Assembly: GCA_964608675.1 (NCBI GenBank)
Contig: CAZSOZ010000002.1
Location: forward strand, 32,001 to 96,000
Origin: an uncultured archaeon
GTDB lineage: Archaea > Iainarchaeota > Iainarchaeia > Iainarchaeales > 1-14-0-10-31-34
DNA: 64,000 nt
Reading direction: 5' to 3'
Shown here: positions 27,363 through 37,066 of the stretch, piece after piece
Numbering within the stretch: position 1 is the stretch's first letter
How the letters are laid out: each line of letters begins with the position of its first letter
Notes under the pieces: generated by a model
What the model was told of the DNA's origin: nothing
Database searches by the model: none
Seen by the model: the letters and a program-made list of their open reading frames with translations, nothing else
Program-made: the position numbers and the translations under genes

Positions 27363-28271
27363 TTACCGCCTTTTTGTCACAAAAACTATTTCGTTTGGAA
27401 AATCTATTTTTGCATTCAGATAGAGGTCATTCTCTTTAATAAATTTTTTTATGATTGAGGTTTCTCTGAATGAAATTTTTTCTTTTTTTGTCATGGATTC
27501 TTTTGAACAACTTAAAATAATCCATTTAGCAGGAATCAATTCAATTAAATTTTCAGTAGAACCTTTTTTTTCTCTTTCCATTACAGGAATTAATTTAAGC
27601 AGAAAAGCTGAATCAAATTTTTTTCCGTTGTTTAAATCAAGCAATTCATTTCGTGTTTCAAAATCTGTTTCCATTAAATTCAAAAAAAAGCCTTTTCCGT
27701 TTACTTCAGAGTATTTTTTTATTAAAGAAAAATATTCATTCATCTGCTTTATGAACTCTTTTTTGTATTCTGTTCCTGCAAAAAAAATTTTTTTTAATCC
27801 AAGAAATGGAACAGAAAAATAATTGAATCCAGCAGATACATCAAGAATTGATTCAGGTTTTCCTGTTATCCTAAAAATTTTCCTGTAAAATTCAGGATAA
27901 AAATCAATTCTTTCTCTTGAAGAAACATGCATTTCCAGCATTTGTTTGTGCAAGCCAATTGTTTTTTCAAGTTTTTTTTCTTTTTTAATTTTTTCTTTTA
28001 ATTCATTAAATTTTTCTTTTATTTTTTCTTCTGGTTCGTGTTTGTACTGCCTTAATTCATAATAAATTTTCTTTTTTGTTTTTTTCATTACTTTTTTGTA
28101 TTCACTCCATTTCTCGAAATTTTTTTTCTCTGAAAACTCTAAAATATTTTCCATGAATTTTTTGTTTTTGAAGGCTTCCTCTAAAAAGACTTCTTTTGCT
28201 TTTTTTTCAGAAACCTTGTACCTTTTAACTATTTTTTTAGTTGAATTCTCAACAATTTTTTCGGGAATCAT
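27363..28271 (-). CDS. ArmA/Rmt/FmrO-like 16S rRNA methyltransferase homologue
   Basis: HVSSRERIDFYPEFY; ILDVSAGFN; FLLKLIPVMERE; NEIVF match the HxSTxER, LDxxCGxNP and LLKxxPxLE motifs. Confidence 0.75.
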   Translation of the reverse strand: MIPEKIVENSTKKIVKRYKVSEKKAKEVFLEEAFKNKKFMENILEFSEKKNFEKWSEYKKVMKKTKKKIYYELRQYKHEPEEKIKEKFNELKEKIKKEKKLEKTIGLHKQMLEMHVSSRERIDFYPEFYRKIFRITGKPESILDVSAGFNYFSVPFLGLKKIFFAGTEYKKEFIKQMNEYFSLIKKYSEVNGKGFFLNLMETDFETRNELLDLNNGKKFDSAFLLKLIPVMEREKKGSTENLIELIPAKWIILSCSKESMTKKEKISFRETSIIKKFIKENDLYLNAKIDFPNEIVFVTKRR

Positions 28272-29297
28272 TTAAAACCATTTTCCTAAAGAGCTCTGCT
28301 TTCCTTTTTCATCAAGTTTTTTTTGCAGTTTATCCAGAGTGTTTGCAACTCTTTCTTTGCTGAACTGGTGTTTTTCATGAAGCAATTCAATTATTTTTTC
28401 TTTGTCTGCATTCATGAATTTTATTTCAAAGTCTTCTTCGTATTCAGGTTTCAAAAAAATCTTTTCAATTTCTTTCCAGTCAAAATCAATTTTGTGTTCT
28501 GTTTTTTTAAGTATTTCTTCAAAGGAATCATTTTCTTTAACTAATTTTAATGCAGTTTTTGGGCCTATTTTAGGGAATTTTTCATTGAAGTCTGTTCCCA
28601 CTAAAATTCCAATCCAGACAAGTTTTTTTCTGGTTATCTCATTTTTTTCTAATACTTTGTTTAATTCAATTCTTTCAGGAAAACTTTCAATATAAATGTT
28701 TCTGCCTGGAACTTTTCTTTTTCCTCCGACAGTAATGTTTCTCAGCAAAACAGGGCTTCCAAACAATAATGCATCAAAATCCTGGCTTATACATCCGTAA
28801 ACTTCTTTTTTTTCTGCCATAACAGAAATTTGTGCTTCTCCTTCTCCTTTTGCCTGAATTACAGGCAATCCCATTAATTCAACTAATTTTTTTGCTTCTT
28901 CAATCATTTCATCTGTTAATCTTGAACTCTGCTGGGCAAATTTTTTTGCTTCTTTTAAGTCTCCTTTTTTTTGTGCTTCCTTCATTTTTTTTTCTGCTGA
29001 AGTCCTTATTTCTCGTCTTTTTTTTCTTGTTTTTTCTTTTAAAGGATGAGGTTTTCCGTCAAAAACAAAAACCGGTTTAATGTCCCTGCTTAACAGGTTA
29101 GTAGTGCGGTAAAATAATCCGGTTAAATGAGAAGTAACTTTTCCCGCTGAATCCATTAAAGGGCTTCCGTCCTGCCCCCTGATATTTGAAAGAAACTGAT
29201 ACAAAATATTAAATGAATCAATTCCAACTATTTTATTAGAAAGAGCATCTAATTCAATTTGCTCTTTTTTAACTAAATCCCCTAAATGAGTTCCCAT
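28272..29297 (-). CDS. fen: Flap endonuclease 1
   Basis: YQFLSNIR; FVFDG; EGEAQ; SQDFD; GTDFN; C-terminal PIP box QSSLGKWF. Confidence 0.97.
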   Translation of the reverse strand: MGTHLGDLVKKEQIELDALSNKIVGIDSFNILYQFLSNIRGQDGSPLMDSAGKVTSHLTGLFYRTTNLLSRDIKPVFVFDGKPHPLKEKTRKKRREIRTSAEKKMKEAQKKGDLKEAKKFAQQSSRLTDEMIEEAKKLVELMGLPVIQAKGEGEAQISVMAEKKEVYGCISQDFDALLFGSPVLLRNITVGGKRKVPGRNIYIESFPERIELNKVLEKNEITRKKLVWIGILVGTDFNEKFPKIGPKTALKLVKENDSFEEILKKTEHKIDFDWKEIEKIFLKPEYEEDFEIKFMNADKEKIIELLHEKHQFSKERVANTLDKLQKKLDEKGKQSSLGKWF

Positions 29298-29390
29298 TTT
29301 TTCTCTATAAAAAAGATTAATGCAAAGGCATTTTAAGCTTTTATTTGCATTATATTTAAAAGAAAAAAGCGCAGAAAATTAGCTTAACCT

Positions 29391-29412
29391 AATTTCCTTT
29401 ATAAAGGAAATT
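29391..29412. promoter_or_regulatory. Perfect 22-bp palindrome between divergent fen and tfb
   Basis: AATTTCCTTTATAAAGGAAATT just upstream of a TATA-like CTTTATATA. Confidence 0.5.
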
Positions 29413-29561
29413 GAACCAAAACCTTTATATAGAACCTATGTAGCAATTTATATACTAATATGCTAATTTGTCCTTGTTTTTTACTGCATATTGAATCCCG
29501 TTAGAAAGATTTGGCGAGATAAAAAATAAATTTTTTTTTAATAAAAGAAGGTGAGTTTTAA

Positions 29562-30464
29562 ATGGTTGAATGCCCAGATTGCAAAAGCAAAAACGTAAGA
29601 AGAGATCCTGAAAAAGGAGAATTAGTCTGTCAGAACTGCGGTTTAGTTATGGAAGAAGACGAAATAGACCAAGGAAAAGAATGGAGAAGCTTTGATTCAG
29701 ACCAATTCGAAGAAAGAGCAAGAACAGGAAGCCCTATGAAATACGTTAAATTAAACAAAGGGTTAGTGACAATGATTGACAGAAGAGGAACAGATTTAAG
29801 AGGAAACAAACTGTCTTCAAAGTCAAGAGCTCAAATGTACAGATTAATTAAATGGCATAAAAGAGCTTCAATTTCAAGTTCAATGCAAAGAAATTTGTCA
29901 ATTGCATTAACTGAATTAAGAAGAGTTGCTTCGTATTTGAATATTCCTGAATCTTTAGTTGAAGCAGCCGCACTCTTATACAGAAAAACAGTAAAAAAAG
30001 GATTAATTAGAGGAAGATTAATTGAAGCAGTTGTTGCAGCAGTTTTGTATACAGTTTGTAGAACTTATCATGTTCCAAGAACCTTAAACGAAATGGCTGA
30101 AGCATCAGGTTTAACCAAAAAAGAAATTGGAAGAACTTACAGGTTTTTGGTCAGAGAACTAAAATTAGAGGTTCCTTTAACTAATCCAATTCATTACATT
30201 CCAAGATTTGCTTCTGAATTAAATCTTTCAGGAGAAGTCCAGGAAGAAGGAAGAAAAATCCTTGAAGAAGCAATTGGAAATGGATTAATCTCTGGAAGAG
30301 GTCCAACAGGAGTTGCAGCAGCAGCAGTATACATCGCTGGATTACTAAAAGGAGAAAGAAGAACACAAAAAGAAGTAGCAAATGTTGCAGGGGTAACAGA
30401 AGTTACAATTAGAAACAGGTATAGGGAACTCAAAAAAAGATTAAATATTGAGGTGGTTGCTTAA
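29562..30464 (+). CDS. tfb: Transcription initiation factor IIB
   Basis: Zn ribbon CPDC..CQNC; EWRSF; two cyclin repeats; VTEVTIRNRY. Confidence 0.98.
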   Translation: MVECPDCKSKNVRRDPEKGELVCQNCGLVMEEDEIDQGKEWRSFDSDQFEERARTGSPMKYVKLNKGLVTMIDRRGTDLRGNKLSSKSRAQMYRLIKWHKRASISSSMQRNLSIALTELRRVASYLNIPESLVEAAALLYRKTVKKGLIRGRLIEAVVAAVLYTVCRTYHVPRTLNEMAEASGLTKKEIGRTYRFLVRELKLEVPLTNPIHYIPRFASELNLSGEVQEEGRKILEEAIGNGLISGRGPTGVAAAAVYIAGLLKGERRTQKEVANVAGVTEVTIRNRYRELKKRLNIEVVA

Positions 30465-30541
30465 ACCCCTTTTTTTCTTTTTTTTTGTTCAGGAGTTATG
30501 TATATTCATTAATTGTTATACTTTAAAATGGAGGTAGTATA

Positions 30542-30727
30542 ATGAATCAGTTAGGAAGAATAACAGCTTTGTTTAACGATTTAAAAGCAAACCTTGGATT
30601 AAAGCAGACAAAATTAAAAACTGTTAAAACTAATGCAAAGATTTCAAGAAACAAAGCTAAAAGAACAGTGAGAACCAGAAATAAAGCAAGAACTTCCAAA
30701 AAGAAATCAGTCAGAAAAAGAAAATAA
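30542..30727 (+). CDS. Small basic (Lys/Arg-rich) protein, 61 aa
   Basis: GGAGGT SD; poly-basic C-terminal half; downstream hairpins and T-tract. Confidence 0.75.
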   Translation: MNQLGRITALFNDLKANLGLKQTKLKTVKTNAKISRNKAKRTVRTRNKARTSKKKSVRKRK

Positions 30728-30795
30728 AAATTTTTTTAAAAAATTTTTATTAAAATCCAGCTAAAGCTGATTTCTAATTTCTTTTTTTTTATTTT
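30723..30795 (+). terminator. Inverted repeats plus T-tract, putative terminator
   Basis: AATAAAAATTTTTT-T-AAAAAATTTTTATT, then CAGC-TAAA-GCTG, then poly-T. Confidence 0.45.
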
Positions 30796-30834
30796 TTTAG
30801 CAAATTATTTTAAACTTTAAATGCATTCTTTTTT

Positions 30835-31185
30835 TTGATGAATTATTTGTTTGTTTTAATTGGTCTTGCAGTTGAAGCAATTGTATTGTTTTATACTGCA
30901 AAATTTTTTTCTGTTAAAAACAATAATGCCCAAAAAGCGATTGCTGTAGTTTTAGCTTCTTTTTTTGCAGGCAATTTAATTGGACCTTTTCTTGTTTCTG
31001 TGTTTTTTTCTCCTTTTGTTGCCGTGCTTCTTCCGTTTATTCCTTTAATTCTTGTTGTTGTCTTGTTGTTAAGATTAATTATAATAAAAATAGTTTACGG
31101 CACAGGAATTGGAACTGCTTTTGGAATTTGGATTGTTTCTGCAATAGCTTCAATCGGCTTGTCGTTTTTTCTTCCTTTTTATTAG
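30835..31185 (+). CDS. Hypothetical membrane protein
   Basis: Four hydrophobic helices. Confidence 0.7.
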   Translation: MMNYLFVLIGLAVEAIVLFYTAKFFSVKNNNAQKAIAVVLASFFAGNLIGPFLVSVFFSPFVAVLLPFIPLILVVVLLLRLIIIKIVYGTGIGTAFGIWIVSAIASIGLSFFLPFY

Positions 31186-31194
31186 TTAATTAAT

Positions 31195-31494
31195 TTATTT
31201 CGTTTCTTTTTTGTTTGTTTTTGTTTCTGTGTTTTTTCTTTTTATTTTGATTTTTGTTCCTATTGCGGTTCCGGGCAGGCCTTTTTCCATTCTTGTTATT
31301 ACTGCTCCTTTGTTTCCGTGAACTCTGGTTATTTTTCCTTGAATTGTTTTTCCGCTTAAAGTTTTCCATTCAGTTTTTTTTCCAATTAAGTCTGATGCTT
31401 TTGTTTTTGAGTCAACTGAATCACTGACTAAAACAAACTGGTTTGTATGCTGTGTTCTTCTTCCTCTTCTGAAATTTTTTATTGTCATTTCCAT
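31195..31494 (-). CDS. rpl35ae: 50S ribosomal protein eL33 (L35Ae)
   Basis: NFRRGRRTQ; GKITRVHGNKGAV; GLPG. Confidence 0.95.
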   Translation of the reverse strand: MEMTIKNFRRGRRTQHTNQFVLVSDSVDSKTKASDLIGKKTEWKTLSGKTIQGKITRVHGNKGAVITRMEKGLPGTAIGTKIKIKRKNTETKTNKKETK

Positions 31495-31635
31495 TAATAA
31501 TCCCCTTTTTTAAAACTAAAAAAATAGGTTTTTTTACCAAAAAATTGTGTATCGCAATACTTTTAAATCAAACTTTTTTTGTTTTTGTTTCCATTAATCT
31601 ATTAAACTTTTCAGCTATTCTTTTTTTGAGAGAGT

Positions 31636-32286
31636 ATGCTGATTGCAGGAATTGATGAAGCAGGCAGAGGGCCGGTGTTTGGGCCAATGGTACTGGCGGT
31701 CTGCACTATTCATAAAACAGATGAAGAAAAACTAATTAAGCTTGGAGTAAAAGACTCTAAACTTCTTTCTGTAAAAGAAAGAGCAAGACAATTTAATGAA
31801 ATTAAATGTATGGTAAAAGAATTTGGTTCAATTCAGGTTTCTCCGAAAGAAATTGATTTACTTAGAGACAGAAGGTCTTTGAATGAAATTGAAGCAATGA
31901 GAATAGGAATACTTTTAAATGAATTAAAAGAAAAACCAGAAATAGTTTTTGTTGATTCTCCTGACCATATAGCTCCAAATTTTGCTTTAAGAATAAAAAA
32001 GTACTTGACTTTTGACTGCATTATTAAATCAGAGCATAAAGCAGATTTTATTTATCCTGTTGTTTCTGCTGCATCAATTATTGCAAAAGTTGAAAGGGAT
32101 TCCGAAATAAAAAAGCTTGCAGAAAAATACGGAAAAATTGGTTCAGGTTATAGCCATGACGAAATAACTGTGAAGTTTTTAAAGGAATGGATTGAATGCA
32201 ATTCCTGTTTGCCTGAATTCGCAAGAACTTCTTGGAATACTTCAAGAAAAGCTTTGGATAAAAAATTTCAAAAAAAGTTGTTTTGA
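31636..32286 (+). CDS. rnhB: Ribonuclease HII
   Basis: GIDEAGRGP; DSK; VSAASIIAKV; GSGY; C-terminal QKKLF. Confidence 0.97.
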   Translation: MLIAGIDEAGRGPVFGPMVLAVCTIHKTDEEKLIKLGVKDSKLLSVKERARQFNEIKCMVKEFGSIQVSPKEIDLLRDRRSLNEIEAMRIGILLNELKEKPEIVFVDSPDHIAPNFALRIKKYLTFDCIIKSEHKADFIYPVVSAASIIAKVERDSEIKKLAEKYGKIGSGYSHDEITVKFLKEWIECNSCLPEFARTSWNTSRKALDKKFQKKLF

Positions 32287-32373
32287 AAAATGAAATGTAT
32301 AAAAAGTTTATCTGATGAAATTAAGTTTAAAAAACTAATTTCTGATTAATAAATTAAAGAGAGTTGTTTTTTT

Positions 32374-32841
32374 ATGCAGAACAAAAAAAAGAAAAAAAAC
32401 CCAATTAAGTTTTCTGTGGACATAAATAAAGTTGAAGAAATGGTAGACAACTTAATGGATTCAATGATTGAAAAAGTCCCAAAAGAAAAGAAACCATTTC
32501 TTATAGGATTTACTTTGAATTTTGATTCAGAGGATCTTCCTGTAATAGAAGAACTAAAAGAATTAGACGAAGAAAATTTTGATGAAAATTTTGTTTCAGC
32601 AAATCCTTCAGAGCCTTTGGCTGAAGTTAATTATTTTAAAAAAGAAGTGGTTGCTTCTTTTGAACTCCCCAAAAAAATAAGGAAAAATGAACTGCAGGTT
32701 AAAGTAAAAAAAAACTGTATTTCAGTTAAATCCCGCAAACACAATTTTTTCAAAAAAGTTTTATTAAAACATAAAATTAATCCGAAAAAATTTTCTTCTA
32801 ATTTAAATAATTCTTTTCTTGAATTAACTTTCAAAAAATAA
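32374..32841 (+). CDS. Archaeal Hsp20/alpha-crystallin-like protein
   Basis: GFTLNF..P.IEE N-terminal segment; EPL; ELP; NNSFLELTF. Confidence 0.7.
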   Translation: MQNKKKKKNPIKFSVDINKVEEMVDNLMDSMIEKVPKEKKPFLIGFTLNFDSEDLPVIEELKELDEENFDENFVSANPSEPLAEVNYFKKEVVASFELPKKIRKNELQVKVKKNCISVKSRKHNFFKKVLLKHKINPKKFSSNLNNSFLELTFKK

Positions 32842-33597
32842 TTATTTCTGAACTGATTCAAAATCAGGGTTTTTCTTTAATTTTATTGCATCCTCTCCGA
32901 AATACTGCAAAAATTTTTTTGTTGTTTTGATAACATAAGTTATTCCTGCTTTTTCTCTTGAAATAAAGCCATGGTCTCCCAGAATTTTTATTTCATCATA
33001 AGCTTTGTTTGTACGGTATTTGATTACAGTTGACTGTTTTACCGGTTGCTTGAATGCAATATAAGCCAGAGTTTTCATTACTCCTTTGGAGAACCTTGCG
33101 GGACCTGCTAAATGAGAAACTTTTACTTCCAGTTCAGGCAAAACCTGCATTCTGTATCCTTCTGTTTCTCTAATTATTTCTATTCCACTTTTTCTTTCAA
33201 TCAAGTCTTTTCTTAGTGCTTCAATTAATTCTGAAATCAAGCCTAAGTCAGGGGTTTCACAGATTTTTGTTATTTCTTTTAATGTAATTGGCTGGGGGGA
33301 CATAAACAAAACTGCTTCCACTAACTGCCTTAATTTTTCAATTCTTTTTTCTTCAGCAAAATAATCTTTTTCTTTTTTTTCAGGTTTCTTTTCTTCTTGT
33401 TCTTGATTTTCTTGTTCTTCTTGTTTTTCCTTTTCTTCAGTTTTTTCTTTTTCCTGTTCTGTTTCTTCTTTTTCTTTTGTTTCTTTTATTTCATTTATTT
33501 CTTTTTCTGTTGGTTCTGGTTCAAGGGTTTTGTTTACTGGAGGATTTAATCCTTTATTTAAATCCTGATTCAAATCTTTGTTTAATTTATTTTCCAT
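32842..33597 (-). CDS. scpB: SMC segregation/condensation protein B
   Basis: VEAVLFMS; KTLAYIAFKQPV; TTKKFLQYFG; Glu/Lys-rich N-terminal extension. Confidence 0.93.
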   Translation of the reverse strand: MENKLNKDLNQDLNKGLNPPVNKTLEPEPTEKEINEIKETKEKEETEQEKEKTEEKEKQEEQENQEQEEKKPEKKEKDYFAEEKRIEKLRQLVEAVLFMSPQPITLKEITKICETPDLGLISELIEALRKDLIERKSGIEIIRETEGYRMQVLPELEVKVSHLAGPARFSKGVMKTLAYIAFKQPVKQSTVIKYRTNKAYDEIKILGDHGFISREKAGITYVIKTTKKFLQYFGEDAIKLKKNPDFESVQK

Positions 33598-33658
33598 TTA
33601 ACCACTTAAAAAGAATTCTGTCAAAAAGAATTAAATCCGAAAAATATTTAATTAAAAG

Positions 33659-34030
33659 TTAATTTTTGTGTTTTTCTTTGTATTCTCTGACAGCTTTTTT
33701 TATTGCTTTCACTGCAAGAAGCGAGCAATGCATTTTGATTGGAGGAAGCCCATCTAATTCTTCTGCAACTTCTTTTTCTGTTAATGTTAATGCTTTTTCC
33801 AAGGTTTTTCCTTTAACCATTTCTGTTGCTTTGGATGAAGTTGCTATCGCACTTACACAGCCGAATGTTTCAACTTTAATGTCTTTGATTTTATTGTTTT
33901 CTATTTTTAAGTAAACTTTCATTAAGTCTCCGCAGACAGGATTTCCTTCTTCTGCTATTGCATCTGCATTGTCAATTTTTCCCAGGTTTTTTGGTTTCTT
34001 GAATTCTTCCATTACTTTTTTTGAATACAT
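33659..34030 (-). CDS. iscU: Fe-S scaffold IscU/NifU
   Basis: GNPVCGD; FGCVSAIA; LPPIKMHCS. Confidence 0.95.
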   Translation of the reverse strand: MYSKKVMEEFKKPKNLGKIDNADAIAEEGNPVCGDLMKVYLKIENNKIKDIKVETFGCVSAIATSSKATEMVKGKTLEKALTLTEKEVAEELDGLPPIKMHCSLLAVKAIKKAVREYKEKHKN

Positions 34031-34052
34031 TTTTTTCACCTTTTTATTTTTT

Positions 34053-35186
34053 TTATTTAACAGGGCTTATTTTTCTCAGATGTTCTACGGTTTCAGGAAT
34101 TTTTTTTACTGCAAAATCTGCGTCTTTTTCTGTATTGTTTTTTCCTAAAGAAATCCTTAACGAACCATGCGCCCACACATGACTTAATCCTATTGCTTCA
34201 AGAACATGGCTTATTTTTAGATTTTTGCTTGAGCAAGCTGAACCTGTTGAAGCTTGAATGCCTTCAAAATCCAGCATTGTAATTAATGCTTCTCCTTCTA
34301 TTCCATAAAAAGAAAAATTAATGTTGTTGGAAAGTCTTTTTGTTTGACGCCCGTTTAATTTTGATTTATTTATTTCTAAAAGAGATTTAATTATTTTGTT
34401 TCTTAGTTTTTCCTGTCTTTTCATTTCTTCTTCCCTTGATTTTTCTGCTAGTTCGAATGCTTTTGATAATCCAATTATTCCCGGAATGTTTTCTGTTCCG
34501 CTTCTTTTTTTTCTTTCCTGTCCTCCTCCGTGAATTAACGGCTCTAAAACAATCCCTTCTCTTATAAATAAAATTCCTGTTCCTTTGGGTCCGTAAAATT
34601 TGTGTCCAGAAAAGGAAGCTAAATCAAGATTCATTTTATTTAAATTAATTTTTATTTTTCCTGCTGTTTGAACCATATCTGAATGAAACAAAAAATCGTT
34701 TTTTTCTTTTATTTCACTTATTTTTTTTAGGGGCTGGATTGTTCCTATTTCGTTGTTTGCATGCATTACTGAAACCAGAGAATTTTTGTCTGAAACTTTT
34801 TTTAGTTCATTTAAGTCAATTGTTCCTGTTTTGTCAACTGAATTAAAGTAAACTTCTTTTCCTTTTGTTTTCAGGAATTCTGCTGTTCTTAACACAGAAG
34901 GATGCTCTATTTTTGATACAATCAATTTTTTTTTGTCAGTTCCTTTTAAGGCTGTATTGTTTGATTCTGTTCCGCTTGAAGTAAAATAAATTTCTTTGGG
35001 TTTACAGCCCAAAATTTTTGCAGTTTTTTTTCTTGCTTTTTCAAGTTCCTCTAAAGCTTCTTTTCCCATTGAATGCAAAGAAGAAGAATTAGCGTAAATT
35101 TTTTTTTGAATTTTGTTCATTTCCTCTAATGCTTTTTTGTCAATCTGAGTGGTTGAAGCATTGTCAAAATAAATTCTTTTATTCAC
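34053..35186 (-). CDS. iscS: Cysteine desulfurase
   Basis: YFDNASTT; ANNEIG; SGHKFYGPKG; STGSACSS. Confidence 0.95.
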   Translation of the reverse strand: MNKRIYFDNASTTQIDKKALEEMNKIQKKIYANSSSLHSMGKEALEELEKARKKTAKILGCKPKEIYFTSSGTESNNTALKGTDKKKLIVSKIEHPSVLRTAEFLKTKGKEVYFNSVDKTGTIDLNELKKVSDKNSLVSVMHANNEIGTIQPLKKISEIKEKNDFLFHSDMVQTAGKIKINLNKMNLDLASFSGHKFYGPKGTGILFIREGIVLEPLIHGGGQERKKRSGTENIPGIIGLSKAFELAEKSREEEMKRQEKLRNKIIKSLLEINKSKLNGRQTKRLSNNINFSFYGIEGEALITMLDFEGIQASTGSACSSKNLKISHVLEAIGLSHVWAHGSLRISLGKNNTEKDADFAVKKIPETVEHLRKISPVK

Positions 35187-35499
35187 AGCAAACACCTTTT
35201 TTTCTTATTTTTTTGCATATTTCGCATGATTTTTTAATAAAATATTTTTTGTTTTTTTTTCTGTCAAACAAAAAATCTCCCATTTCATGAATCTGCTGTT
35301 TTTCTTTTTTGTTTAGTTTTATTCCTGTGCCTCTTTTTCCTTGAATGTATTGAGTTAATGCTGCAGGAGTTAAATCAAGAACTTTGCAGACTTTTTTTCT
35401 GGGAATTTTTTTTTCTTTAACCAAATAAACCGTTAATTCTCTTCTAATGGAAGGCAGAACAATCCATCCAATCATTTCACAAGGAAACTTAACAGCCAT
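35179..35499 (-). CDS. HTH regulator with Cys motifs (COG2522-like)
   Basis: PCE...VLPSIR...LTPAALTQYIQGKRG...CEIC. Confidence 0.8.
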   Translation of the reverse strand: MAVKFPCEMIGWIVLPSIRRELTVYLVKEKKIPRKKVCKVLDLTPAALTQYIQGKRGTGIKLNKKEKQQIHEMGDFLFDRKKNKKYFIKKSCEICKKIRKKGVCCE

Positions 35500-35534
35500 A
35501 TTTAACAATTGTTAAAAAAGGTTTATAAAGATTT

Positions 35535-36983
35535 TTATGCTGCTGTCTGGTGAATTATTACATCTTGTCCTTTTTTTTCTCTTATTACTTCAAGTTTGGT
35601 TTGTTCGTTTATTTCTTCTGAAAAAGTTTTGTCTCCACCTATTATTTTATTCATTAAAACGCATGCAGTTAAGTCTCCTGTAACGTTTACTGCTGTTCTG
35701 CACATGTCAAGTATTCTGTCTACTCCTAAAATTAATGCTATTCCTGCCACTGGAATTCCAAATGAACCTAAAATTACTGCTAAAATTATTACTCCTACTC
35801 CGGGTGTTGCAGGCGAACCAATTGATGCTCCTACAATTGTCACAATCAAAAACAGCAAGGCAGTTAAAGCTAAATCTATTCCGAATACTTGTGCAATAAA
35901 GACTGTTGCTATTGCCTGATATAAGGCGGTTCCATCCATGTTTATTGTTGCTCCAATTGGAATAATGAATTGGGTTATTGAAGGCCTTACTTTTAGTTTT
36001 TCTTCTGCGGTTTTAATTGACAAGGGCATTACTGCTGCAGAACTTGAAGTCGAAAAAGCTAAAAGCTGTACATCTCTTATTGCAGAAAAAAAGTTTTTAG
36101 GGTTTATTCCGCCTATTACAAAAACTATTGCAGTATAAAAAATTAACAGAATAATTAATCCAAGTATTACGGTTGCAACATATACTGTTGTTCCTGTTAA
36201 TGCTTCTATTCCTAATTGTGTTGTTAGTCTTGCCATTAAACCGAACACTGCAAAGGGTGCGATTACCATTGCCCATTTAACTACTGTCATGCATACATCT
36301 TGAAGAGAACCAAGCAAATCAAGCAGGGGATGAGCTTTTTTTGGATCCATGTTAACTAAAGCTATTCCGAATATAAGAGAAAAAATAACTATTTGAAGCA
36401 TTTCTGTGTTTGTTATTGCTCCAAAAGGGTTTGTGGGAAAAATTCCTCCAATCATTTTTGGAACATCCACTAACCCTGGAGTTTCAAATTCTTGTTCTAT
36501 TTTAATTGAATCTGTTTGAAAACTTGCTTGAATTAAGTCTTCGCTTATATATGCGCCGGGCTGAATTACTGTTGCCAGAAAAACTCCTATAGTTATTGCA
36601 ATTGTTGTAGTAAACAAAAAGTATACGGCAATTGACAAACCGGTTTTTTTTAGTTTCTGCATGCTTTCGCTTGAAGCAATTCCCCTTATAATTGAAGCAA
36701 AAATCAAGGGAATCACTATCATTTGAATTACTCTTATGAAAATTGTTCCCGGCAATGCAAGCCATTCACTTATTACTGTTGCGGTTTCCTGATTAATCAG
36801 CCCTGCGGTCGGCCCCAAAAAAATTCCTGTGATTATTCCCAAAAACATTCCAGCAAGAACTTTCAGCCATAACCTGCTTTCAACTAACTCAATTAATTTG
36901 TGGCTTAAATGTTTTAGAGAACGGGGTTTAATGAATTCAATAGGGTCTTTTTCTTCGTTTTTCTTTGTTTTTTCTTTTGCCAT
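35535..36983 (-). CDS. Dicarboxylate/amino acid:cation symporter (GltP/GltPh family)
   Basis: AFSTSSSAA; GATINMDGT; GVDRILDMCRTAVNVTGD. Confidence 0.95.
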   Translation of the reverse strand: MAKEKTKKNEEKDPIEFIKPRSLKHLSHKLIELVESRLWLKVLAGMFLGIITGIFLGPTAGLINQETATVISEWLALPGTIFIRVIQMIVIPLIFASIIRGIASSESMQKLKKTGLSIAVYFLFTTTIAITIGVFLATVIQPGAYISEDLIQASFQTDSIKIEQEFETPGLVDVPKMIGGIFPTNPFGAITNTEMLQIVIFSLIFGIALVNMDPKKAHPLLDLLGSLQDVCMTVVKWAMVIAPFAVFGLMARLTTQLGIEALTGTTVYVATVILGLIILLIFYTAIVFVIGGINPKNFFSAIRDVQLLAFSTSSSAAVMPLSIKTAEEKLKVRPSITQFIIPIGATINMDGTALYQAIATVFIAQVFGIDLALTALLFLIVTIVGASIGSPATPGVGVIILAVILGSFGIPVAGIALILGVDRILDMCRTAVNVTGDLTACVLMNKIIGGDKTFSEEINEQTKLEVIREKKGQDVIIHQTAA

Positions 36984-37066
36984 TCAATAAAAAACGCTTT
37001 AATTATTTATTAATTTAACGACTTGAATCTTTTTTTTTTAATTCACGCAATTCTATTTTTTTTTCT

